Positions 39,065 through 50,523 of a DNA stretch of 64,000 nucleotides are shown one piece after another. The number at the start of each line of letters is the position of its first letter. The first letter of the stretch is position 1. The DNA is from Octopus sinensis (Eukaryota). A model generated the notes under the pieces. That model was not told where the DNA came from. It ran no database searches and was given only the letters and a program-made list of their open reading frames with translations. A program made the translations under genes and the position numbers. The stretch spans positions 186,001-250,000 of the forward strand of contig NW_021837025.1 in assembly GCF_006345805.1 (NCBI RefSeq), in the 5' to 3' direction.

Positions 39065-41230
39065 CAGTGGTTCTCAACGGTGGGCGATTCGCCCCCAGGG
39101 GCGATTTTTTCTGCCAGGGGGGCGATGGCTGATTGCTAATATTTGAAAAATTAAAATCTTATGTTAGAAGTCGATAATCTTTGAAAAAATAAAAATATAT
39201 AATCGAGTCTAATAATATTTATAATATAATGATATTTGGTACTTTTGTCGAAGTGGTCGCAGTTTTTTTAAGAAGATAATTAAAATTAATTAATTTTTTT
39301 AGTGAAAAATAGATATTTAATTTATAACCCTCTATCAATAATTTAAATGGTTATTAAAATTATTTAAAAATTTATTTAACCAATTTAGTCATTTTAGTAC
39401 GCGGCATCCAAATTCCAGGACTGTAGAAGGAATTTATTTTGAAAGGATATCCACATTTTGCAGAAAATGCACTGCATCCTCCTTACTTATTGGGAGCTGT
39501 CGGAATATAAATTAGTAAAAAATTTAATAATATTTTAAATTATTGATAGAGCGACTTAAATAAATATAATATATTCCACCTCAAAAATTATTAGATTTTT
39601 TAAAAGGCCTAAAAAACTGCGACCACTTCGACAAAAGTACCGATATTTTTATTATATTTTATTTAATTTCTAAGCGTGATTTCTAGTTATCTTTATGGGT
39701 CGTGTTCAAAAAAAGTCAGAATGTATAAGATGAATATATTTTTTTGGATTTATTAAAGATCCTCAAGATCCTAATAAACCACTTTGTCTTCAATGTGGTA
39801 CAATTTTTTCGAATGAGGCAATGAAACCGTCTCGTTTGATTGAACATTTAAAGCGAAAACATCATAATTCAATTGGAAAAAAGCCAGACTTTTTTCTAGA
39901 ATTAAAAAAGAATTTTGAAAATAAAAACACCTTACCGTCAATCTTTAATAAAAATATATCTCAAAATGTCTCTGGATTATCTTATTCATATAAAGTTGCA
40001 GAGATAATCGCAAAAACTGGTTGCATTATTATTTTAATTTATAGGTAATGCCCGTTCGATTGCAGAAAATGTCATCCGTCCTTGTTTAAATTTATTTATA
40101 AACGATATCTTACAAAAAGATTCTTCAAATATTATGAAGACTATCCATTAAGCAACGACACTATACGAAGAAGAATTGATGAAATTTCTAATGAAATTGA
40201 ACAATCTTTAATTTTATTTCTCAGAAAACGCAAGTTTTCAGTCCAACATGACGAATCAGTTGTCGTTGATAATCAGTCAATTTTGATGGCATATGTAAGG
40301 TATTACTTTTTATAAATACTTTTTATAAAGATATTTCGATGATGATTCTATTTTGCAAGAAGAGTTATTATTTGCAAAATCTTTGTGATATTATTTGATG
40401 CAATTGTTGATTTTTTAAGATTACAAGAAGAATTTAAATTGTTTGATTCCTGCAAAATTCATAGAAAAAATATTTTTAATTTAAATTGGATTTTAAAAAA
40501 TTAAATGAAGTTTCATTGGCTTTACAAGGAGATTATGTTAATTTAATTGATTGCAAACGAATTATAAATACATTCATTGAAAAAATTCAATTTTACAAAT
40601 TTAATTTAAGTAATAGAAAATTTGGAAAATTCGATTTTTATGACCACACTTTTGATGACAACGATCTGAAAATTTATGAATTTCATTTAGAATCTTTGGA
40701 ACAAGATTTGAAAAAAAGATTTGAAGATTTAATTAATTTAAACTTTTCTGATTGGATGATTAATCCTTGGTTTCCCATTAATTATGATTCTGATGATGAA
40801 TGTCAAGAAGAATTAATAGAACTAAAAAACGCCGAAGAACTGAAATTAAAAATGAAAACCTGACACAATTCTGGGGAGAAAAATCTATAAAAATGAAATT
40901 CCCGAAATTATGGGAAAAAATGATGCCAATAATATTATGTTTTCCTACGTTATACTGCGTAGAGAGAGGATTCAGCACTCTGAATAGTATGATCGGAAAA
41001 AAAAGAAACAAACTAAATATAAAAGAAAGAGGCGACATTAGAATTACACTTACGAAAAGAAGTACAAATTTTGAAAAACTTGTCAATCTTCATCAACCAC
41101 AAGGATCTCATTAAAACTCTTATTTTTTAAATAAAAATTTTTACTAATGAAATAAGGGGGCGATATAAAAATTGGAGGGACGAAAAAAATTCCAAGGGGG
41201 CGATACAAAAATAAAGGTTGAGAACCACTG
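39065..41230 (+). mobile_element. Buster-type hAT transposon with decayed, internally deleted transposase
   Basis: TIR CAGTGGTTCTCAAC at both ends; TSD CTCTAAAA (39057-39064 and 41231-41238); empty site visible in unit 2. Motifs PLCLQC..SNEAMKPSRLIEHLKRKH, LSNDTIRRRI, FSVQHDES, YCVERGFS, DIRITLT. Confidence 0.93.
39238..39641. mobile_element. Merlin deletion derivative (404 bp) nested in the hAT element
   Basis: Same TIRs and subterminal sequence as 18481-19852; flanked by a GATATTT direct repeat (7 bp). Confidence 0.93.
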
Positions 41231-41376
41231 CTCTAAAAGACGCGTGCAAAGGGTCCTTGCTGAAGGGCATATCTTTTTGGATAGAATTGGTTTTTTTAAG
41301 GTCTATAATTTCAACTTTTTAAAATTAATTAGAATTATTTAATAATTTTAAATTTAAAAATTTTTTTATTTGTAAA

Positions 41377-42311
41377 ATGAAGAGGTTGTCAATGGTTGTT
41401 GTAAAATATAATTAGCGGAGTGGACTTGGCCTACACAGTATTCAAAGCAGCCATCAACGAACGTCTAGCATACCCCCACCCAGTCTATATTCTCCACGGC
41501 TTCCAAAGCAGCAGGACTCGCTGGTCCCCGGTGGCCGAGGAACTGTCCAGGAAGGGGATAGAGGTACAACTCTTTATACAAGACAAGACAATCACCGTGG
41601 AAGCACGGAATCACGGAGACAGTCCCTACGTCGACGACCACAGCCACCAAAACATGATTAAGGACGTGGAGAGACTTCGAATAAAGTTGGGTCACTCCAA
41701 AATAAGCATTGTGGGCCACAGCATGGGAGGGATCACCGGAATGTTCTACGCCCTCGAATATGTAGTCCCCCACCCACACCGAAGGGTCCCTCCTTGGCCG
41801 ATTTGGTGGTTGTGGACATCACTTTGGCCCCCCGTGGTGGAGGGAGTCCCCACTTCGAGACCATTTCCCGAATTCGGATACCAGAAGACCCCACAATGAC
41901 CCGGGAACAAGTCGTCGAGCACATTCTAGCCAACACAGAATCACTCATTTCTGTTTTCGTTCTTTCTTATACTCAGAGAAGTGCTCTTGAGAATTTTTTG
42001 AGTGCCAAACTGGTTTTTAAGGAGGGGAAATATCAGTTTACTTTCAATGAAATGCTGGCCAGAAGAGGACACCAAATTGGGAGTATTCCTCCAGGAGTGT
42101 GTCCCAAAAAAGTGCTGTTTGTAGGGGGAGGTGACTCCACGTACATGACGTTGGTCCACTTTTGTCACGTGCAGTTCCGAGGGATTGGAAATGACGCAAA
42201 AAACACTTTCCGAACCAGCAAGTGGTGTACATTGAGAATTGTGGACATTTGGTTTTCGAGGACGATTTTGAGGCATTTACTAAGACTGTGGTCGACTTTT
42301 TGGTTGGGTGA
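41377..42311 (+). CDS. ABHD11: ABHD11-like alpha/beta hydrolase, copy 1
   Basis: ILHGF, VEARNHGDSP, GHSMGG nucleophile elbow, VVVDI, VLFVGGGDS, CGH. Introns of 23-31 nt. Confidence 0.82.
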
Positions 42312-42462
42312 CTAATTTGGTTTATTTGTTGTTTAATAAAGAGTGTTTACTAAGACTGTGGCATTTACTAAGACTGTGGTCGGGCTCTTACTGTGGGGAT
42401 GTGACTCTAAAAGACACGTGCAAAGGGTCCTTGCTGAAGGGCGTACCCTTTTGGATAGAATT

Positions 42463-43115
42463 ATTATTATTTAACCCAAGAATCACCAACAGTTAATTAG
42501 GGTAATTAATTAGGTGATTCCAACAATCCTCAAAATCTTTCTCAGCTTTTCCCGATGTTGGACTCTGGACCCAACGCAAGTGCGGGACGGGCGGGGAGCA
42601 GTTTTTGTGAGGAATTGGAGTGGGGTGATGTGCTTTAGAACCCAAGCGGCGCAGGCATAGCCAATTGTTGGTTCGATGAATTGTTTGTAGAGAGTGCCGA
42701 GAGCCGCGAACGGTGTCTTTAGTCCACCAAAAATCGATTTGATTAGTCCAATCTTTCTTTGACTGGATCCGATGGCCTTCTCTAAATGGGCAGTAAAACA
42801 CATGTGGGTGTCAAAAGTGACCCCCAGAATTTTAGGGTTCTTCGTGAATGGAATCTTTTCGTTGTCCAGAAAAAGATCAACAGTAAGGCTTCCAAGTCTC
42901 TTGTTCGACGTAAATAGGGTAGTGGACGATTTTTCGGGGGAGATGTTCATCCTGTTTTGATATAGCCAAGTTCGAATTTCTAATAAAAGATCTTGTGTTC
43001 TTTTGGAAGCTTTCGAGAGGTCTTGGTCACGTGATTTAATGAGTAGGTCGTCAGCGTAGGCGAGAATGATTGAGTCTTCCATTTCAGGGTTAGGGATGTC
43101 GGATAGGTATAAATT
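42463..43115 (-). mobile_element. 5-prime-truncated LINE (Jockey/I-like) insertion
   Basis: RT end (YADDL, EKSSTTLF, PKILGVTFD), (TAA)n-like tail and 5-bp GAATT duplication (42458-42462 and 43116-43120). Absent from the homologous site in unit 1. Confidence 0.88.
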
Positions 43116-43254
43116 GAATTGGTTTTTTTAAAGGTCTATAATTTCAACTTTTTAAAATTAATTAGAATTTTTTGATTATTTAATTTATTTTAAATTTAAA
43201 AATTATTTTATTTCTAAATAAAATTTCTAAAATGAAAAAAAAACAAAATATAAA

Positions 43255-44187
43255 ATGAATAGGTTGTCAATGGTTGCGGTAAAATATAATTAGCGGAGTC
43301 GACTTGGCCTACACAGTATTCAAAGCAGCCATCAACGAACGTCAAGCATACCCCCACCCAGTCTATATTCTCCACGGATTCCAAAGCAGCAGGACTCGCT
43401 GGTACCCGGTGGCCGAGGAACTGTCCAGGAAGGGCATAGAGGTACAACTCTTTATACAAGACAAGACAATCACCGTGGAAGCACGAAATCACGGAGACAG
43501 TCCCTACGTCGACGACCACAGCCACCAAAACATGATTAAGGACGTGGAGAGACTTCGAATAAAGTTGGGTCACTCCAAAATAAGCATTGTGGGCCACAGC
43601 ATGGGAGGGATCACCGGAATGTTCTACGCCCTCGAATATGTAGTCCCCCACCCACACCGAAGGGTCCCTCCTTGGCCGATTTGGTGGTTGTGGACATCAC
43701 TTTGGCCCCCCGTGTTGGAAGGAGTCCCTACTTCGAGACCATTTCCCAAATTCGGATACCAGAAGACCCCACAATGACCCGGGAACAAGTCGTCGAGCAC
43801 ATTCTAGCCAACACAGAATCACTCATTCCTGTTTTCGTTCTTTTTATACTCAGAGAAGTGCTCTTGAGAATTTTTTGAGTGATACACTGGTTTTTAAGGA
43901 GGGGAAATATCAGTTTACTTTCAATGAAATGCTGATTAGACGGAGACCCCAAATGGAGAGTATTTCTCCAGGAGTGTGTTCCAAAAAAGTGCTGTTTGTG
44001 GGGGGAGGTGACTCCACGTTAATGACGTTGGTCCACTTTTGTCACGTGCAGTTCCGAGGGATTGGAAATGACGAAAAAACACTTTCCGAACCAGCAAGTG
44101 GTGTACATTGAGAAATGTGGACATTTGGTTTTCGAGGACGATTTTGAGGCATTTACTAAAACTGTGGTCGACTTTTTGGTTGGGTGA
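43255..44187 (+). CDS. ABHD11: ABHD11-like alpha/beta hydrolase, copy 2
   Basis: Same exon structure and catalytic motifs as copy 1; one intron is 23 nt versus 24 nt in copy 1. Confidence 0.82.
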
Positions 44188-44257
44188 CCAATTTGGTTTA
44201 TTTGTTGTTTAATAAAGAGTGTTAGTAATAACGAGAGCCGTGATTATATTTACTAAA

Positions 44258-45281
44258 TTATGCCTCGATTTCACAGAAGGATAAATAGTCCCCGTATTGG
44301 TAGCTTTCGAGCATCACTTTGGCGACCATTGAGGTGAGATTGGCACATTTGAACATGTTTTTGGAGTGTGGCCAGAGTCTGTCAGAACCGACTTTGGCGC
44401 AGTGATGTTTGATGTTGTTGGTGGAGAGAGCAAAGACGTCGAAATACCTCGACATTTCTGCAAATAAGTGAAGGAGTGTTACCAGGCATGTTTATCCCAC
44501 TGTGGATAGTAATTTGCTGTATAGTCTTGGGAACCCCCAATGTGTAGTTAATCTTGCCATAAAAATTCCCCTGAGTCACCACACACGTAGCCATGTTTAA
44601 GTCATGTCCATATGTCGTGTAACTGTAGTTTCCATACATGCTTGTCATTTGTATTGTGTTCGGCGGTGGTGTCGTCGTCGGCGTAGTAGTCGTGGTTGTT
44701 GTAGTGGTAGTAGGGGTCGTAGTAGTAGTAGGGGTGGTAGTAGTAGGAGTGGTAGTAGGGGTGGTCGGGGGTGAGTAGTTTGGGTCGACGTATTTGCAGA
44801 CAGCGGGGAGTCTCGCAAAGCAAATGTAGTCGAACCACTTGCCTGTAAAAATGTCCATTCCAGCACAGTTTTCGAACTGATTTCTGCCACTTGGTTCATT
44901 TTGATACCAATTAGAATATGTCTGAGTATTAATATATAAATAGACCAATCCATTCCCATTGCTGTCCTTGAATATCCCCTCATTGTTGATATCATCGTAG
45001 TCCAACCAAACTGCCACAGACCTGGTCTTTATGTTTCGAAGGATGGCTAAAATAGTCCCCAAACCCTCACATATCAGCGAGTCCTTTTCTGCCGAACTTC
45101 CAACAGTCACCAACTCCCTCCCGACTGTTGTGCAGAGAGTCCTCGCCCCCGAGTGGGTGACGTAGTCCTTCGCGTAGATTTGATAACAAAATCCATTCGC
45201 ACACGAAGTTTGGGGGGTGGAAATTATGCAGATTCCACAGACCTTCCTGGCCAGTAATACAAACAGCACAAATTCGAACAT
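44258..45281 (-). CDS. Secreted C-type lectin, Thr/Pro mucin-like linker and F-type-lectin-like domain (paralog 2)
   Basis: Signal peptide; CYQI, ARTLC, VWLD, YSNW..NEPSG, ENCAGM, KWFDYIC..LPAVC; (PTTT)n linker at about 44660-44775; LSFCEIE. Three introns at the same positions as paralog 1. Confidence 0.85.
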
Positions 45282-45589
45282 CACTCTCCGCCTGGCAGAG
45301 GGTATTTAAGGCTGCGGATATTGGTCTTCCAGATGGCATTGGGAGTATAAATAAACTCATTAATTGACAATTAATATTATTCTTGTTGTGCTTGTTTGAC
45401 AGACAACACATGTCTATTACTTTGGAATGTCACTTTTATTATTTTTGGTAACAGGGATATTTAGAAAAGTCATGTGATTGGGGGATAATTGATTATATAT
45501 ATTTAATTATATACAAAATGTGAATGAAATAATATAATAATTTAACAATAAAATATACACTTTTAAAAGTCCGGTTATCGTTATTTGTC

Positions 45590-46933
45590 ATGTCACTCCG
45601 CAAACATTCCTGTTCGTCCAAAAAAAGCAAAGAAGAGTCCAATTTCTGGGACATTGGAGGATACACCCCAACCTGTCGTCGAATAACCAACGGAATAAAA
45701 TCACTCGACGACCTGAGAACATATTTGGGGGAGAGAGCCCAATTAGCCCAGAACTACGCGAAAGAACTGAACGAACTGTCCAACAAATGGAAAGGAAAAC
45801 TCTCAAAATGTAAGCAAAGCAAAGCAGCACACAGCAATCCCCATAGCGACGGCCATATTTATGATAACCTGATAGCCCAGGAATACGCCACAGCCCGACA
45901 GTTGTGGGAAGAATTGCTGGAGGAACCCACAAAAACGTGTTCAGTCCAAGTCGAGTTGGGGAGGGCACTCAATTCGAGACAGGGACAAGTAAAGAAGTGG
46001 ATAGTGGACAAACAGAGGGAGTTATTCCACAACAAGAACATGAAGGACCACCAAAGTCGATTCCAGACAGTGAGGGGGTGAGTAATGGGGTAGGCACAGA
46101 AGGAGTGGGCTGTGAGGGTCACCAATATGAGGAAGGCCAGGGAGGAGTACGACTGTGCCTGTCGGAGAGTCCACAATTTTGAATTGAAGAGGAATATAAG
46201 CACGTGTGATCAGGGAGTGGTCCAAGACAGTGTCAAACAACAGGAAAAGGCCACAAAACTAAAGAAACAGCAACAGGATGCCAAAATGGTGTATATTGAG
46301 GCCATTCGACTGGTGAATGAGCGGAGGGAGTGCTACTCGCAGGAAATGATGAGAATATTCGAGTCCTGTCAGCAGGTGGAGAAGGAGAGGATTGACTACT
46401 TCTCCAGCATTGCCCTCCTCATGGCGGATCTCCTCCACAAACATAACTGTGTGGACATGTCTGCTGTTTATTCCGCAATCCAGGGAAGACTGACGGAGGC
46501 GGACCCTGAGAGGAGTCTGAAGTACTGGTTTGATGTGAGAGGCCCCTCCTCCCCTCTGCCGGTCTTCGAGTTCCAGGAGTCGAACATCAACGAGGATGTG
46601 GAGATATTGGTGGCCAAGTCAGTCCGCCACTCCGCCCCGGCCGAGACATGTTCATACAGGCAGAAGAACAGTGTGGAGACGAATGGAGGTAAGCAAGGGA
46701 GTGAGACGTACTCCCCTGGGGAGGAACAGCCGGTGGTGGCACTGTACGACTACGAGGCGGGGGAGGGGGATGAGTTGTCCTTCCGAGCTGGTTTGTGATG
46801 GGACTGACTGGCAGGGCAGAGAATGATGCGGTTCAGTCAGGAGGACGAGAATGGGTGGGTTAAGTGTATGGATGACCAGGGACAGTATGGATTCGTCCCC
46901 TCCAAGTTCATAAGGGATCAGTTACTCCTCTAG
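45590..46933 (+). CDS. PACSIN: PACSIN/syndapin (F-BAR plus SH3)
   Basis: NFWDIGGY..T.RRI..G, ERAQL..NYAKEL.E...KW, QQVEKERIDYF, VALYDYEAGEGDELSF, ENGW, GFVPSKF. Confidence 0.9.
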
Positions 46934-47041
46934 TGATTTATTACTAACATTTATCAATCTAGTTTGCATATTTTGGTTGCTTATCAGGGTGGTTGTGATT
47001 AATTGATTAGAAATGGTTGATTATTTGGTGCATTGCCCACA

Positions 47042-47723
47042 TTATATATTAGCAGTTGTAAACATGAAGCCACAAAAGACATGAGAGCCCCACAGTGGAT
47101 GTGCCACGTATTTGCAGCAGCCGTAGTACTCCACTGCAAGGCCTGCCAGGACAACAAAATCCTCGTCCGTGTCCATCAGAATGTCCTCCCCCCTCTCCGT
47201 CAGTCCCTATGGCACATAATAGTCAATATAAACAGGCAGTCCACTAGCGGGGTCGACATAGTCAAACCAGTCATTCCCCAGCACATCCCTCAGTCCCTTG
47301 GCCCTCTCCACGAACTATTAAATAAGGAATAAGCATACATCCCGGCACAGACCAAGTCGTTCGTGGGCACTCTCCAGTGAGTAATAAACCATGTTATTGA
47401 CAGTGTGGTAGCAGACAGTGATCATCGTCACTAATCCCTGTCCTCTCAGCTCTGGGAATGCTCTCTCCAGTTCTGTCTATTGCACAGTTGGCTGTACTTT
47501 CTTTCACGTGGGAATCACTGCAGGGAGTCACGGCCAGTTCTGGGTGGAGGACTGTGGGAGTGTCGGTTGGTGAGTTGCTGGTTATAAAAGGATTGAATTT
47601 AAAGTTTTTGATTATTTTTTGTATTTTTGTGTTATTTTGGGGGAGGGTTTGTGGTATGGGTTGACTTGGAAAGGGGATTCGTGTTCGCCTTAAATGTCTA
47701 TACTTGTCACAACGTCTGAACAT
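47042..47723 (-). CDS. MMADHC: Cobalamin trafficking protein CblD
   Basis: Spliced C-terminus KFVERAKGLRDVL..DWFDYVDPASGL...DTDEDF..G..VEYYGCCKYVAHPLWGSHVFCGFMFT matches MMADHC (WADFIDPSSGL...GCCKVIRHSLWGTHV). Confidence 0.82.
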
Positions 47724-47798
47724 TAAAATGTAATATTATTTTATAATTAATAAACAATTATTTAATTATAAAAATAAATTCAAATATTATTTTGTTTC

Positions 47799-49473
47799 AT
47801 GTGTGACGACACCCAATCAGACTCAATAAAGTACATATATAAAGACCCTCAATGGACATGTCCCTGCAAGACTGACGACTACATCGAGGTCATAAAGGAC
47901 GGCACCCTCCTCGAGCGAATAGACCTCAAAAACACAAGCAAACTAATACTTGGACGACTCGAATCATCCCAAATCCGCCTCGACAACCCCTCAATTTCCC
48001 GCCATCACGCTGTAATCCAAAACTCCCCCCAAGGCTGGTTCATTTTCGACCTGGAAAGCACCCACGGCACATTCATCAACAAAAAACGCATTCCAGTCAG
48101 AATCTACGTCCCCTTCAAACCTGGCCACATTGCCAAATTCGGAACCAGTTCCCGCCTTTTTGTCCTCCACGTACACGTGGTCTCTCAGTCCCCAGGGCCT
48201 GGAAGAGGAGGTGGAGGAACCCCTTTCAATCACCCAAATAAAGCAGCAACGACTGATCCCCTCCCCCAGACTGCCCGACCCCCCGAAGGAGGAGGAATGT
48301 GAGGAGAGAGTGCCCTGTGTGTGGGGATTTGGTGAGGAGGAGTGGATTATTGGCAGGGGAGGACGCCATGGATGAGGGAGTGGACGAATCAGTCTTCATG
48401 GGGGACCCCAAGAAGACGTTGAGGGACTTTATGGAGAAGGATGGTGGAAATATGCCCTCATATCAGTTCTTTGACGGAGGGGAGGGGCAATTGGGCTGCA
48501 GATTGAGGTTTGGGGGACTGGCTGAGGAGATTGGTGTTGGACGAGGAAGTGGTGGTGGCTGAGGCTGTGTGTTGGGGGAATAAGAAGGAGTGTGTCCTCC
48601 AATGTGCTGTCGAGGCCTGTCGCCTTCTCAATGCCCGAGGACTGCTGGCCGAACAGTCAGCAGGGCGACCGAAGGCTGAGAGGAACTGGGAGGCGAATGA
48701 CTACTACGACAGTGACGAGGACACATATTTGGACAGGACGGGCACAATTGAGCGGAAGAGACTGATGAGGATGCAGAGAGCGGGTTGCCAGCCCGTCATC
48801 AACGAGAACTACCACAGTCTGGTTGTGAGTTGGGAATATTGGCAGATGGTTAAATTGGAGGAGGTTGAGGGACATATTGACAACCGGGAGTGGGAGTTGG
48901 AGAGAGCTGGTTGTTTTATGTGTGGAGTGTAGCCAATGCTGGACGGATGAGAGGGGACTGTATGATGGATGCATTGGACGTGTATATGAACACTATCAAG
49001 TCTGGTGGAGCCGATTCGAGGACGAGGGTGAGAATAAAGGCAGATCTCATCAACCTTCGGGCAGAACACCGCAAGCTGATTAGTCTGGTCAACATTGCCC
49101 GTCCTCCCGGCACTCTCCCCCTCGACCACACAGATAGACTGTCCCGGGTGGCTTGTCTGTCTCACTGGTTTAGAAGAAGACTGACAAAGTCCTGGTGGAG
49201 ACCATTCAGGCCGGCCCAGAGGAAGTCAAGCCGAAAAAAGTAGAGGACTCTTCTTGTGTGGAGCCAAAGCGGAAGGAAGTAAGGAAAGTGGTTTCTAAGC
49301 CGAAACGACTTCGAATCCTGAAGACTGCGGAAACGGTGATTGAGGAGTACCCCACCTTCTCAGCTGACCCCGACTATGCAATGTGGTTGCCTCCTTCTGG
49401 TTGGTTTGTGTGGACACTCTTAGAGGATGTGGGGGATGGCCACACACATCTCAATGAAAAGTACGGATATTGA
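47799..49473 (+). CDS. SLC4A1AP: Kanadaptin (FHA-domain protein)
   Basis: FHA (LGR, PSISRHHAVIQ, DLESTHGTFINK), DPKKTLRDF, YYDSDEDTYLDRTG, C-terminus DPDYAMWLPP..GDGHTHLNEKYGY. Confidence 0.92.
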
Positions 49474-49555
49474 CATTCTCTTTTTAACATATTTTTTTAA
49501 TTTCGGAGAAAATGACTTGGCCTAATATAAGTCCTGATTCCGATATATTTTTAAA

Positions 49556-50453
49556 ATGAGAAGAATTTGTACTGTATGGAATATAGTTAAGACTTTATTG
49601 ATATCTATAATCAGCACATTTGAGGTTGGTGGAGGGACTGTCCTGTAGATGGTCTACCTGAGCATAATCGTGATTGCCTCCTATTCGCTTTATTTCTCGC
49701 ACCAGGAATTCGGACTCCAGCTTGGATCCACTCCCGTGGTCATTTTCGCGATTGTGATGATCGGCATTCCAACGGTGGCAGCCAGTCTGAACTTGTTGGG
49801 CGTGATTGGGGTTTTGAGGGAAAACACGGTCTTGTTGGGCTATGTATTATTCCCTGTTAATTATAAGTTCTACCGAATCATGCTTTGTGTGTTTTTTGTA
49901 TTTTCTCTGATATGTGCAGTGTCGATCATTTACTTGGGAATGCCCAGTTTTCAGAACGAGGTCTACAAGTTTGGACTGAACAATATCGGAATGTACCTCA
50001 TCAACTCATACGACAGTGATCCAAATATTCAGGCAGTCGGTGACTACATCCAGCAATGGGTTCTCTGGTTAGTACATTCTAGTTCAACTGCTGCGGACTG
50101 ACCTCGATGGACGACTGGAATGCCAGTTCACTTTTCAACTGCATTTTGATTAAAAACGTCTACCACCACTGCAGTGCCCCTTTCTCTTGTTGTGCTGATT
50201 TTATAAAAAAGAAAAATTTTAATTGTGGCAGAAATGCGAGGGTAGTGACTTTTATTTATATTTTAAGATAACCAACAGACTTGCCCTGTTTTCTGAGGGA
50301 TGTGGGACTGTCATTCGAAACCTTTGTAGTAAAAATGAGATGAAAATTAGCATTTCGTTATTTATCTATCTTGTGTTTTTGGTATTGTATATGTCAGTTT
50401 TTTTAGTTCTTTTTTATAATTGGAATTTTTTTATTAAGAAGGTCAATTGTTGA
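49556..50453 (+). CDS. TspanC8-type tetraspanin
   Basis: GVIGVLRENT.LL; large loop with eight Cys (CCG..DDWN..FNC..HC..PFSCC..NCG..EGC); four TM segments after splicing. Confidence 0.82.
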
Positions 50454-50523
50454 TAAAAGGTATTAATATTAAATACTAATTTAACTTGGTTATTAATCTA
50501 AAACTTTGTTAATATATTTTAAA

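Larger units (their letters stand above)
39034..44222 (+). repeat. Direct tandem duplication of the ABHD11-like locus (unit 1 about 39034-42347, unit 2 about 42382-44222)
   Basis: GGGCTCTTACTGTGG..GTGACTCTAAAAGAC starts both units. Gene and 3-prime flank are near-identical; each unit has a different TE insertion. Confidence 0.95.

Noticed and set aside
44602-44995. Tyr/His-rich and Leu/Pro-rich ORFs
   Set aside because: Alternative frames of the Thr-rich linker of lectin paralog 2.
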